DNA of 32,000 bases from Synechococcus elongatus PCC 6301 (GTDB taxonomy: Bacteria > Cyanobacteriota > Cyanobacteriia > Synechococcales > Synechococcaceae), in NCBI RefSeq assembly GCF_000010065.1, contig NC_006576.1:780001-812000 (forward strand). Reading direction: 5' to 3'. The notes below the pieces were generated by a model. That model searched no databases. It was not told the origin of the DNA and was given only the letters and a program-made list of their open reading frames with translations. Every line of letters starts with the position of its first letter. The stretch's first letter is position 1. Shown piece by piece: positions 17,627-26,981 of the stretch. A program made the translations under genes and the position numbers.

Positions 17627-17995
17627 ATGGGTCAAGGTCAAAATGTCCTCGGTCAGGACCTCGAAGTTTGCTGCTGTGCCCCGATGACCGGCTGGTATCG
17701 CAATGGTTTTTGCCAAACCGATGTCCAAGATCGCGGTAGCCATACGGTCTGCGCTGAGATGACAGAAGAGTTTTTGCTGTTCTCGCGCGATCGCGGCAAT
17801 GACTTGATGACGCCTCGCCCTGAGTTCAATTTCCCCGGACTGAAAGCCGGCGATCGCTGGTGCCTCTGCGCCAGTCGCTGGCAAGAAGCTTTTGAAGCAG
17901 GCATGGCACCGCCGGTGGTTTTGCAATCAACTGAAAAAAGCGCCCTGCGCTACGTCAGCTTGGCGGATTTACAAGCTCATGCCCTGCCGGTTTAG
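17627..17995 (+). CDS. DUF2237 family protein (ATG at 17627 preferred; ORF track starts at 17555)
   Basis: NVLGQDLEVCCCAPMTGWYRNGFCQTDVQDRGSHTVCAEMTEEFLLFSRDRGNDLMTPRPEFNFPGLKAGDRWCLCASRWQEAFEAGMAPPVVLQ is the DUF2237 signature. Confidence 0.88.
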   Translation: MGQGQNVLGQDLEVCCCAPMTGWYRNGFCQTDVQDRGSHTVCAEMTEEFLLFSRDRGNDLMTPRPEFNFPGLKAGDRWCLCASRWQEAFEAGMAPPVVLQSTEKSALRYVSLADLQAHALPV

Positions 17996-18064
17996 ACCGC
18001 AAAATCTGGGGGCGATCGCCGTGATCAGCTAGGGTGCAAGCATGTCTTTCTGCGAGAGCGATCG

Positions 18065-19111
18065 ATGCATAAGCTGCCCGTGACGGTGATCACCGGCTTT
18101 TTAGGAGCTGGCAAAACGACCCTGATCCGCAATCTCTTGCTTAATAATCAAGGTCGCCGGATTGCGGTCCTCGTCAATGAGTTCGGCGAAGTCGGCATCG
18201 ATGGTGAGTTGCTGCGCAGTTGCGGCGTTTGCGATGAGGATGAAACTGCAGACAGTAATATTCTCGAACTGGCGAATGGTTGCCTATGCTGCACGGTTCA
18301 AGAAGAATTTCTGCCAACCATGCAAACGCTGTTGCAGCGGCGGGAACAGATTGACTGCATTGTGATTGAAACCAGCGGGCTGGCTTTACCTAAACCTTTA
18401 GTCCAAGCCTTTCGTCGGCCCGAAATTCGGACTGGGGCAACCGTCGATGGGGTGGTCACCCTCGTCGATGCTGTTGCCGTTGCAGCGGGTCAATTTGCAA
18501 CGGATTTGGATGCCCTTGAAGAGCAACGCCAAGCAGATGACAGTCTTGATCACGAAACGCCAATCGAAGAGCTATTTGAGGATCAATTAGCCTGCGCTGA
18601 TCTCGTGTTACTCAGCAAAATCGACTGCCTCTCACCCGAAGAGAGCGATCGCGTTCGCCGTTGGCTGAGTACGCAAGTGCGATCGGGTGTGCCGATTGTG
18701 CCGGTGACCAATGGTCAACTTGATTCAGATGTTTTGCTGGGCTTTAATGCAGCAGTTGAAGATAATTTAGAACAGCGACCCAGCCATCACGATCACGAGG
18801 AAGAGCATGATCACGATGATGCGATCGCGGCTGTCCATTTAAATCTGGATGCGGAATGGCAGCCAGAAGCATTGGCTGAGCGACTGCAAGCCTTACAGCA
18901 ATCCCAAACGCTCTATCGTGTGAAGGGTTTTCTAGCCGTTCCGGGCAAATCAATGCGCCTTGTTTTTCAGGGTGTAGGCCCACGCTTCGACTGGTTCTAT
19001 GACCGTCCTTGGCGATCGCCCGAAGAACGCCGTAGCCAGTTAGTTGTGATTGGTGAAGACCTCAACGCAGAGGTCCTACAATCAGCTCTCAATTCTGTTG
19101 CTGTTAGCTAG
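18065..19111 (+). CDS. CobW/COG0523-family GTP-binding metallochaperone-like protein
   Basis: TGFLGAGKTTLIRNLL Walker A, GCLCC metal motif, VLLSKIDCL, His-rich linker HHDHEEEHDHDD, and C-terminal CobW_C domain. Confidence 0.9.
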   Translation: MHKLPVTVITGFLGAGKTTLIRNLLLNNQGRRIAVLVNEFGEVGIDGELLRSCGVCDEDETADSNILELANGCLCCTVQEEFLPTMQTLLQRREQIDCIVIETSGLALPKPLVQAFRRPEIRTGATVDGVVTLVDAVAVAAGQFATDLDALEEQRQADDSLDHETPIEELFEDQLACADLVLLSKIDCLSPEESDRVRRWLSTQVRSGVPIVPVTNGQLDSDVLLGFNAAVEDNLEQRPSHHDHEEEHDHDDAIAAVHLNLDAEWQPEALAERLQALQQSQTLYRVKGFLAVPGKSMRLVFQGVGPRFDWFYDRPWRSPEERRSQLVVIGEDLNAEVLQSALNSVAVS

Positions 19112-19138
19112 GCTTTCAGCAGACAATATCCTCTAGTC

Positions 19139-19168
19139 AGCGATCGCCTGAGTTAAGTGGCGATCGCT
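19139..19168. terminator. HIP1-containing perfect inverted repeat between convergent genes
   Basis: AGCGATCGCC-TGAGTTAAGT-GGCGATCGCT: 10-bp perfect arms, 10-nt loop. Confidence 0.45.
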
Positions 19169-19239
19169 CATTAATTCAATGATTTTAGAGCACTGCAGTT
19201 GAGACCTTTACTCATCTGGATCTCAATCTCACTGCAACT

Positions 19240-20190
19240 TTAGGCTGGCTGGAGCTGCTGGCGAACTTGCTGGGCAATAAACGGCAGAATCGCTTCGTTA
19301 TTGGCGTGTTCTTTGCCTTCGGTGAATGCGACTAAAAGATGGGGTGGCAGTCCCGGAATTTCTAGATAGGCAGCATCATGGCGGACTCGGCTCATCCAGC
19401 CTGCTTTAGACCAGAGCTGACTGCCTTGAGGCAAATCTTGACCGAGGAAACCTGTAACTTGATTTTCCGGATCTTCCGCAAGCGATCGCGGATCAAAAGG
19501 CCGGTTCAATAGGTTCAACATCCGCTGTGAGGCAGAAGGAGAAACAGCAACGCCTCCAGCGATCGCATGCAATAACCGCGCCGTTGCATTGGTTGTCAAC
19601 TTGTTGCGGTTCTCAAATTCGGGACCATAGAAGGCACGTTCCCGACCATAAGGGCCATCACCCCAGGTTTTTTGATTGACGTTAATGGGCTGTAATTCCG
19701 GCCACATCAACGACTGGTAATAGCGATTGACAATGTTGCGCTGAAATTGCCAGGTTTTGAACGGTCCATCGCCTAATTCGGGGCCACTGGTGGTGCCGCT
19801 CAGTAAATCGACAATGTAGCCCGTCGCATCGTTACTGGAATCAACAATCATGTCTCGCAAGGCGCGATCGAGTTCTGCACTGGGCTGAATCATGCCCTGT
19901 TGCAACCACTCCAGTGCTGCCACTAAGTAGAAGAGCTTGACAACACTGGCTGGATAGATGGCTTCATCACCGCGATAGTGAAAGCCGCGAATTGGCAATG
20001 ACCAAAAGCTTTGGGGGGCGATCGCGCCGCCGGTATTCACAGGAACCGGATCGTCGTAGACAATCCAAGTCAGCGCCAATTGGTTGCGTGCCAACTGCGG
20101 AAATTCAGCCCAGGTGGCAGCAAGCACGGCCTCGCCCCAGAGAGCCAGCGTGGCATCCGTTTCAAAGAACAGCATTGGCGAACCTTCCAC
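19240..20190 (-). CDS. Class A beta-lactamase-like serine hydrolase (PBP-fold); alternative start at 20175
   Basis: IYPASVVKLFYLVA (SxxK), MIVDSSNDATG (SSN in place of SDN), and SKAGWMSRVRHDAAYL (KTG-like KAG). Confidence 0.8.
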   Translation of the reverse strand: MEGSPMLFFETDATLALWGEAVLAATWAEFPQLARNQLALTWIVYDDPVPVNTGGAIAPQSFWSLPIRGFHYRGDEAIYPASVVKLFYLVAALEWLQQGMIQPSAELDRALRDMIVDSSNDATGYIVDLLSGTTSGPELGDGPFKTWQFQRNIVNRYYQSLMWPELQPINVNQKTWGDGPYGRERAFYGPEFENRNKLTTNATARLLHAIAGGVAVSPSASQRMLNLLNRPFDPRSLAEDPENQVTGFLGQDLPQGSQLWSKAGWMSRVRHDAAYLEIPGLPPHLLVAFTEGKEHANNEAILPFIAQQVRQQLQPA

Positions 20191-20912
20191 CCAGAAGCCT
20201 CGAGTCTACCGAATTGCCGGCCCCCACTCACTGGCAAATCACGACTGATCTCAACTTGTTTGATTCCCCTGCCTGCGATCGCCTTGCCACCCAAGCAGCA
20301 GCCGGTCGCCGGTTGCAGATTCTGGAACAGCAAGATCAAGCTTGGCTGGTACGACTGGCCGAAGATGACTACCCGGGCTGGATTTCAGCCAACGATCGCC
20401 AACACCTTCAACCTGCCAGCCTGATTTATCAACCCAAGCAACACGATCGCGCCACAATTGAGGCCGTAATTCCAGATGCGATCGCCTTTGCCCAAGCTGC
20501 GGCAGCTCAACCGAATGTCTATCTCTGGGGCGGTTGCTTGGGGCCTAATTACGATTGTTCAGGATTGGTACAGACCGCTTTTGCAGCGCAGGGAATTTGG
20601 CTGCCGCGCGATGCTTGGCAACAGGAACAATTCTGTGAGTCATTACCCAGTTGGAAAGCGGCAGAACTTGGTGATCTGATCTTCTTTGGTCGACCCGATC
20701 GCTGTACCCATGTGGCGATCTACTTAGGCGATCGCGCCTATCTTCATAGTTCAGGGCGTGAGATTGGGCGCAATGGTATCGGCATCGACTGGCTCGATCC
20801 AACAGCCGATCCTGTCAGCGATCGCTATTGGCAACAGTTACGGGGTGCCGGTCGGATTATGCGCAGCTATCAAACAGGATGCGATCGCTTCTCGGAGTGG
20901 CTGCCCAGTTAA
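20175..20912 (+). CDS. NlpC/P60 (C40) peptidase with N-terminal SH3-like domain; start uncertain (TTG 20175 or nearby)
   Basis: NVYLWGGCLGPNYDCSGLVQTAFAAQGIWLPRDAWQQ (catalytic Cys), THVAIYLGDRAYLHSSG (catalytic His), SH3-like LNLFDSPAC...WLVRLAEDDYPGWI. Confidence 0.85.
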   Translation: MANLPPRSLESTELPAPTHWQITTDLNLFDSPACDRLATQAAAGRRLQILEQQDQAWLVRLAEDDYPGWISANDRQHLQPASLIYQPKQHDRATIEAVIPDAIAFAQAAAAQPNVYLWGGCLGPNYDCSGLVQTAFAAQGIWLPRDAWQQEQFCESLPSWKAAELGDLIFFGRPDRCTHVAIYLGDRAYLHSSGREIGRNGIGIDWLDPTADPVSDRYWQQLRGAGRIMRSYQTGCDRFSEWLPS

Positions 20913-20972
20913 TAACTAGACTGCTTCCAGCATCCTTTTTGCAGTGAGTGATTGAAGGAGCTCACAGACTTG

Positions 20973-22703
20973 TCAGTCATTAGCTCGGAAGTAATCGAGC
21001 CAGCGATCGCCAGAATCTGCTCGAACCAAGGTGACTACTAGGCTCGGGATAGCAGCCAAGTTGGGATAGACAAAGTAGCGTGGCTGCCAGTCGGGATGGA
21101 ACTTCTCTTTGAAGCTGTGCAGTCCTTGAAAGCGATAGAAGCGATCGAGGTGGCGATAGAGGTAATCTAAGCCCTGTTCCACTTGATTCGGTTGATCGAG
21201 TTGATCCAAACCAGAAAGAGCCGAGAGTCCTAAGCTGAAGCTATCAAAGCCTCGATCCTTAGCAGCCAAAATCGTATTGACAAGTAAAAACTCCATCGTG
21301 CTGCTTTCAGCACTGGGCAAAAAGCGAATTAAATCGAGCGTCAGTTCATTGCGCTGAAATTCTTCAACCCAGTTGGCAAACGCTTGAATTTGGCCATCCT
21401 GCGATCGCACGACAGCAATGCTGCCACTGGTGAGGTAATCGCGATCAAACCAGCCTACCGAAAAGCGTTTTTCTGGCCCTTTCATCCGCTTCAGCCACGT
21501 ATCGCTGACGAAACGCAATTCAGGTAGCAAGGGGTATATTTCTGCGGCTGGAATCACCTCAAAGCGGTAGCCAGCTCGTTCCAAACGACTGAGGGTACTG
21601 CGGAAGCCCCGCCCTCGTTTGCCCTGTAGGCTAAAGTCTTGCAGAGGGATGACGGCTTCTTGACCAATTTGATCCGAGGCTAGGCCCTGACGCTGATAGA
21701 GCGGCAAGTCATCGGGTAGAACCTGATAGAACGCAGGCAACCAATCGTTCTGCTGACATTCCCGCAAAAACTGCTGAATGATCGCCTCGCGATCGCGGGC
21801 AGGACCAATTGGATCACCCAAGGCGATCGCTCCCCGCCCCCGTTGCACAAACGCAATCAGACTCTCACCGCTGGGACTAAAGCAGTAGGATTTGTCCTCC
21901 AGCAACGTCAACCGCGCCAGAGAGGTATGGCCATGGGCCCGCACGATCGCGGTCGCCTGCCGTCGTTCTGTCACCGTCGCCGGTGGTTGCCAAACAGGTT
22001 GTAGCAATAACAAAAAGGCATAGCCAAGCGTCAGTAGCCCGACGCTAAAAATTGATTCCGCAAACAGTTGACCAAACCGTGTTTGGGGCAATGCCACACG
22101 GGCATCCCAGCTAAAAAATAGCTGCAACACCTGTTGAAGAGCCGTGAATAGATCGAAGTCGCGGGAGTAGTGGCGATCGAGCCAAAACGGCCCCAAGGTG
22201 CCGTAGGCCAAACTGAACAGCAGCGCCCCCAACAGTACCCGCACCGCTCGCACCCGCGACGGCGCATCCGAGCGCGCGATGTAGATCTTGCGATCGCCGA
22301 CCAAGCAACCCAGCAAGATCAGGTCGAGAGCAATCAAAGCTGGATGGTGGGCTCGCACGCCTTTGAGGGCAACCGAGAGACTTAAAAGCAGCACCGTCAG
22401 CAGCCAAGCGACCTGCTTGCGGCGCAATAGCTGATTGGCTAGGGTCAGCAAAATAAAGCCAATGACAGCTCCAGCGACTCGCCCTTGCGTTTCAACGGTC
22501 AAAGTAGCCAGTTGTCCTAGCCAGCGCGATCGCTCAGGCAGATGCGGCAACACTGCCACGAGTAAATTCAGGCTGCCCGCGATCGCCGTCAGCACAGCAA
22601 TCCAACGCACTCGCACAGCGGGCGATCGCAGCCCTGCGATCGGTGGGAAATGTTTAATTTGGGACCACACGATAGTCATCCAGCAAAATTCGCAGACAGC
22701 CAA
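20973..22703 (-). CDS. DUF2156 phosphatidylglycerol lysyltransferase C-terminal-like (MprF-type) membrane protein; likely start M10 (MTIVWSQIK...)
   Basis: Several hydrophobic TM segments, then GHTSLARLTLLEDKSYCFSPSGESLIAFVQRGRGAIALGDPIG...RGFRSTLSRLERAGYRFEV...FSVGWFDRDYL...GLSALSGL...GLHSFKEKFHPDWQPRYFVYP. Confidence 0.85.
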   Translation of the reverse strand: MAVCEFCWMTIVWSQIKHFPPIAGLRSPAVRVRWIAVLTAIAGSLNLLVAVLPHLPERSRWLGQLATLTVETQGRVAGAVIGFILLTLANQLLRRKQVAWLLTVLLLSLSVALKGVRAHHPALIALDLILLGCLVGDRKIYIARSDAPSRVRAVRVLLGALLFSLAYGTLGPFWLDRHYSRDFDLFTALQQVLQLFFSWDARVALPQTRFGQLFAESIFSVGLLTLGYAFLLLLQPVWQPPATVTERRQATAIVRAHGHTSLARLTLLEDKSYCFSPSGESLIAFVQRGRGAIALGDPIGPARDREAIIQQFLRECQQNDWLPAFYQVLPDDLPLYQRQGLASDQIGQEAVIPLQDFSLQGKRGRGFRSTLSRLERAGYRFEVIPAAEIYPLLPELRFVSDTWLKRMKGPEKRFSVGWFDRDYLTSGSIAVVRSQDGQIQAFANWVEEFQRNELTLDLIRFLPSAESSTMEFLLVNTILAAKDRGFDSFSLGLSALSGLDQLDQPNQVEQGLDYLYRHLDRFYRFQGLHSFKEKFHPDWQPRYFVYPNLAAIPSLVVTLVRADSGDRWLDYFRAND

Positions 22704-23700
22704 CCGTCGGTACTGCCAAGATCACACCCAGTAAACCGCCGAGCTGCGCCCCAATCAAAATAGCCATCAGCACCCAAACGGGGTGAACCCCAATTGACTT
22801 GCCAAACAGGCGTGGCGCAATCAGGTTTTCAATCAGCTGATCGGTGCCCCAGCAGAACACCAAGATTCGGAAGCCCAGCCAAGGATTGCTGAACATCTGC
22901 ACGATCGCCAAGCTCACAATGCTGATACTGCCACCAAACGGAAAGATCGCCAGTAGGCCAATGCCGCAGCCCAGCAACAGCCAAAAGCGCAGACCCAGCA
23001 ATAACAAAACAATGGTTGCCGAGCTGCCGATCAAAAAGGCGATCGTCATCTGGCTAAGCAAATAGTTGCGGAAACTCAGCTCCAAGGCCGATCGCGCCCG
23101 CGATCGCCAACGTACAGGCAACCAGTTGTAGAGTCCATCCCAAACTTCATCGCCGCGTAGCAATAAATAGAAGCTGATCACCAAGGTCAGCATCGTTTGC
23201 AAAGCACCACTCGCCACTCCCAAGAGCAATTCCAGCAAGCGGCTCGTCAAAGCCTGCAGCTGTTCCGACAGGCGGCTCACGACTGTGCCTAACACCGCTC
23301 GCAGATCCAAGGGAATCCGGCTAAAGAAGGGGTGTTGTTCGAGCAACTGAAACTGCTGAAAGCCATCATTGAGCGATCGCGGCAGCGTATTGGCCAAGGC
23401 AGAGACCTGGTTGATCAAAATCGGCAAGAGCGTCACCGTCACTAGCAGCAGCAGGACAACAATCACCGCCAAAATAATCAGCACCGCCAGCAGACGCGGT
23501 ACCCGCCAGCGCTCTAGGGCCCGCACCGGCAGCCCAAGGATGAACGAGAGCAATGCTGCTGAGAGAAAAATCGAAATGGGGCCACGAAAGTAATCCCAAA
23601 TCAGCAGCACACACCAAGCATTGAGCAGAATAGCGGGCAGCCAAAGAAGCGGTTGGAGGGTCGCAATGATGTATTTCAGGCGCCGCTGCCAGCTCATCAC
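22654..23700 (-). CDS. AI-2E family transporter (PerM-like permease)
   Basis: Multi-spanning membrane protein; LGILAIFPFGGSI...NLIAPRLFGKSIGVHPVWVLMAILIGAQLGGLLGVILAVPTVGCLRI. Confidence 0.9.
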   Translation of the reverse strand: MMSWQRRLKYIIATLQPLLWLPAILLNAWCVLLIWDYFRGPISIFLSAALLSFILGLPVRALERWRVPRLLAVLIILAVIVVLLLLVTVTLLPILINQVSALANTLPRSLNDGFQQFQLLEQHPFFSRIPLDLRAVLGTVVSRLSEQLQALTSRLLELLLGVASGALQTMLTLVISFYLLLRGDEVWDGLYNWLPVRWRSRARSALELSFRNYLLSQMTIAFLIGSSATIVLLLLGLRFWLLLGCGIGLLAIFPFGGSISIVSLAIVQMFSNPWLGFRILVFCWGTDQLIENLIAPRLFGKSIGVHPVWVLMAILIGAQLGGLLGVILAVPTVGCLRILLDDYRVVPN

Positions 23701-23778
23701 ATTCGGGGAAAAAGGCTCTCAGCATCGTACCCTTCCCCTCTGCCGATGTAATCGTTGTCCGTAGCGCGTCGCGATCGC

Positions 23779-24804
23779 CTAGTAGCGAATTCGGGGGTCA
23801 ATCAGGGCGTTGATGAAATCGACCACGATGCTGGCTAGCACCACCAAACAACCAAAGAAAACGATGATGCCCTGCACCGTCGAATAGTCTCGCAGGGAGA
23901 TTGCTTCGTAGAGTCGGTTGGCCAGCCCCGGCCAAGAGAAGGCGACTTCCGTCAGCAGAGCACCGCCCAGTAGGGAGGCCAGGGTGAGTCCTAGCAGGGT
24001 CACGACTGGAATCAGAGCATTGCGCAGGGCGTGATTGAGCAACAGCCGCCGTTCTGATAGGCCCCGCGATCGCCCGGCATCGATGTAGTCTGCTTGGAGC
24101 GACTGCCCCAGATTGACCCGCACCAGCCGTTCAAACACACCACTCAGTAAGAGACCGAGCGTCAGGGCTGGGAGGGCTAAATAACGCAGCGCCAAACCCG
24201 CTGCCCGCCAGTCGGCCTTGAGCAACGCATCGAGCACATACAGGCCGGTCGGTCCTAGGGGCGGATCGAGGGTGACGGGGTAGCGAGTGCCGACCGGGAA
24301 CCAGCCGAGATCGACGGCAAACAGGAGTTGCGCCAGCATCGCTGCCCAGAAGGTCGGCAGAGCGTAGGTCAAAATCCCAAACAGGCGACTGGCCGTTTCG
24401 CGCCGACTGTTGGGTTTCGCCGCAGCCATCAGCCCAAGTCCCAGACCAATTGCGATCGCGATCGCTAAGCTGGCAATCGCGAGTTCCGCTGTCGCCGGGA
24501 AATATTCGCCGATGATCTGGCGTACGGACTGACCTTGGCTACTAAGAGATTGCCCGAGATCGCCTTTGAGCAGTTGACCGAGATAGTCGAAATATTGCTG
24601 CCAGAGCGGGCGATCGAGCCCGAGTTGCGATCGCAGGGCTAGGCGAGCTGCCGCCGGTGCTTTCGGCCCCAAAATCGCATCGATCGGATCGCCGGGCGTC
24701 GCCCGCAGCAACAGGAAGATCAACGTCGCGATCGTCCAGAGCATCAGGGGCAGCAACAATAGTCGCGCCAGCAGGTAGCGGCCCAAATCCCTAGCGCGCG
24801 ACAT
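23779..24804 (-). CDS. Peptide/nickel-type ABC transporter permease (DppB/OppB family)
   Basis: LLLRATPGDPIDAILGPKAP...LGLDRPLWQQYFDYLGQLLKGDLGQSL, ...ARSRGLSERRLLLNHALRNALIPVVTLLGL, and C-terminal VDFINALIDPRIRY. Confidence 0.93.
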   Translation of the reverse strand: MSRARDLGRYLLARLLLLPLMLWTIATLIFLLLRATPGDPIDAILGPKAPAAARLALRSQLGLDRPLWQQYFDYLGQLLKGDLGQSLSSQGQSVRQIIGEYFPATAELAIASLAIAIAIGLGLGLMAAAKPNSRRETASRLFGILTYALPTFWAAMLAQLLFAVDLGWFPVGTRYPVTLDPPLGPTGLYVLDALLKADWRAAGLALRYLALPALTLGLLLSGVFERLVRVNLGQSLQADYIDAGRSRGLSERRLLLNHALRNALIPVVTLLGLTLASLLGGALLTEVAFSWPGLANRLYEAISLRDYSTVQGIIVFFGCLVVLASIVVDFINALIDPRIRY

Positions 24805-26392
24805 TTTTCACCTTGCGAAGTTGGCCAAAGGCGATCGCCCCCGAGGCTCGAATATTGCCACCCTGGATGTAGGGCTGACTGAATAGATATTCGCGATTTT
24901 GCCAGAGCGGAATGAAGGGTAAATCCTCAGCGCTGAGCTGTTGAAGCTCCCGCAACAGGCGATCGCGAGCTTGGGGATCCGTACTTTCTCCTGCTTGTTG
25001 AAGCAGTTGGTTGGCGCGATCGCTGTAGTAGAAAGAGCCTTGATAGTAGCTGCTGCCGGACTGACAGCCCTGCTGCGGATTGCCCTGGCTACAAGCGAGA
25101 AAAGGCTGCAAGTAGTTATCGGCATCCAGAAAGTCGGGCAACCAGTCGAGCAAAAATAGGGGATAGGCACCTTTCTCCAGATTTTCGTAGGCCGTGGTCG
25201 ATTCCACACCCTGCAGCTGCAGGTCAATCAAACCGTCTAGTTGCTGCTGGACTGAAGCACGCAGGGTACTGGCAGCCAAGACATTGCTATTGAGATTGGA
25301 GCGATACCAGAGATCGAGCTTGAGCGGCTTGCTGGAGGAATAGCCTGCGGCTGTTAATACCGCTCGGGCTTGCTCCGGATTGTTGCGCGGAAAATCCGGC
25401 TCCGAAACCGGAAACTCCGAAGGAACCAAGCTGTAGAGGGGTTGCACCTGTCCATAGAAAACGCGATCGCGGATCACATCGCGGTTGATCGCCAGTGCAA
25501 GGGCTTGCCGCACCTCAGGGCGATCGAGGGGCGGGCTGAGGACGTTGACCGTTAGGTAATAAATGCCAAGGCCATCGTTATTGTTGATTTGAATTCGGCC
25601 CTCAGCGGCCTGCTGGCGCAATCCCCGAATTTGTTCGGCATCCAAGCCCTGATAGGCGACATCGACTAAGCCAGTCCCTAGAGCACTGTAGAGATTGGAG
25701 GGGCTGGAGAAAATCTGAATATCGAGACCTTCGTTGCGGGGTTTCTCGCCCCAGTAGTCACGATTGGCCGCCAGTCGCAGGCGATCGCCCTGAAATGATT
25801 CCAGACGATAGGGGCCAGTGCCGACAAATTGCTGCGGTAGAAATTGTCCGGCAGCCGGTTGATAGGCTTGCGGCGAAACTGCACAGAGGCCCGGGAAGGT
25901 CAGCAGGGCGAGGAAGGGTGCAAAGGGAGCTTTGAGCTGAATCGTCAGCTCGTAATCGCCAGTTGCCTGAATGGAGGCCACGCGATCGCCCAGCAAATAG
26001 GAAGGGCGGCCACCGTTTTTGATGAAGCGTTGCAGAGAGAAGGCCATGGCCGCCGCATTAAACGGGCTGCCGTCGTGGAAGCGCACATCCTGCCGCAGGG
26101 GAATGCGATAGGTCAGGCCATCCGGACTGATCTCTGGCAGAGCCGTTGCCAGTTGCGGCACGATTTCAACGCTATCGGGTCGCGTTGTATAGAGGCGATC
26201 GCCGAGGGCATAGAGCAAAGCTCCCGAAAGCAGTTCATAGGCATCGGCGGGATCCAGAGTTCGCAGTCGCGCTGCCGTTCCCACCACAATGCGATCGCTC
26301 TCGATCGCCTTTGGGAGCGCCACACAGCCCACCAGCCCTACACAGAGCCAGAAGAGCAGCAGACAGCCCAGCAACAGTTGACGCAGACGCAT
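24791..26392 (-). CDS. Peptide ABC transporter substrate-binding lipoprotein (DppA/OppA, SBP family 5)
   Basis: Lipobox-like LLFWLCVGLVGCVA; VVGTAARLRTLDPADAYELLSGALLYALGDRL, YRIPLRQDVRFHDGSPFNAAAMAFSLQR; 14-nt overlap with the permease. Confidence 0.92.
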   Translation of the reverse strand: MRLRQLLLGCLLLFWLCVGLVGCVALPKAIESDRIVVGTAARLRTLDPADAYELLSGALLYALGDRLYTTRPDSVEIVPQLATALPEISPDGLTYRIPLRQDVRFHDGSPFNAAAMAFSLQRFIKNGGRPSYLLGDRVASIQATGDYELTIQLKAPFAPFLALLTFPGLCAVSPQAYQPAAGQFLPQQFVGTGPYRLESFQGDRLRLAANRDYWGEKPRNEGLDIQIFSSPSNLYSALGTGLVDVAYQGLDAEQIRGLRQQAAEGRIQINNNDGLGIYYLTVNVLSPPLDRPEVRQALALAINRDVIRDRVFYGQVQPLYSLVPSEFPVSEPDFPRNNPEQARAVLTAAGYSSSKPLKLDLWYRSNLNSNVLAASTLRASVQQQLDGLIDLQLQGVESTTAYENLEKGAYPLFLLDWLPDFLDADNYLQPFLACSQGNPQQGCQSGSSYYQGSFYYSDRANQLLQQAGESTDPQARDRLLRELQQLSAEDLPFIPLWQNREYLFSQPYIQGGNIRASGAIAFGQLRKVKNVAR

Positions 26393-26473
26393 GGGCGTTA
26401 ATTAAAGCCTGTTCACGGGAAACCCTCAACCTTGGTGCGATTGACCCAAGCGATCCATGACTCTGAGCACGGT

Positions 26474-26908
26474 CTACTTTCGCACTAGCCAATAGCGGGT
26501 GGTCGCTGCGCTGCCATCTTCTTCCCGCCGCTTCTCTTGGCAATCGATTTCTTGGGCCGCAACGGAGCATTGGAACTCAGTGTTGTTGGCGGGCGAGCCC
26601 GCCGCTTCCCAAGTACCCATAAACTCTGTGGGCGTCCGCAAGCGGCCACGAATCAGCAGACAGTCTGCAGGGTTGGCCCGCTCCTTGCAGATCCGCAAAG
26701 ACTCCACCGCCAAGGTGACCTGGGCATCTTCTGGCGCTGTGACGATGCCATCTACCGAGTCTTGCTCCTTGAGGGACACCGCCACTGGAGCATCTAAGGG
26801 CCACTCTTGGCTCTGGTCAGACTGAGACCATGGCAGGCGATCGCAGCCGACTAGCGCCGCTGCCAGCACGCTCCCTGCTAACACCCGTTGCCAAGGCGAT
26901 CGCCGCAT
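26474..26908 (-). CDS. Putative lipoprotein of unknown function
   Basis: VLAGSVLAAALVGCDRLPW lipobox, conserved-looking Cys residues, clean ORF. Confidence 0.6.
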   Translation of the reverse strand: MRRSPWQRVLAGSVLAAALVGCDRLPWSQSDQSQEWPLDAPVAVSLKEQDSVDGIVTAPEDAQVTLAVESLRICKERANPADCLLIRGRLRTPTEFMGTWEAAGSPANNTEFQCSVAAQEIDCQEKRREEDGSAATTRYWLVRK

Positions 26909-26981
26909 GGCTGCTTCTCCTGACTTACCGTGCTCTCAGCCTAGTCGCTTCCGCCTCTGCTGGAGTTCCCGATCCGTCGCC

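Noticed and set aside
22031-22734. Extra ORFs (22031-22267, 22111-22407, 22435-22734) overlapping the DUF2156 protein
   Set aside because: Shadow frames of a clearly coding region, Arg/Ser/Pro-rich translations without domains.
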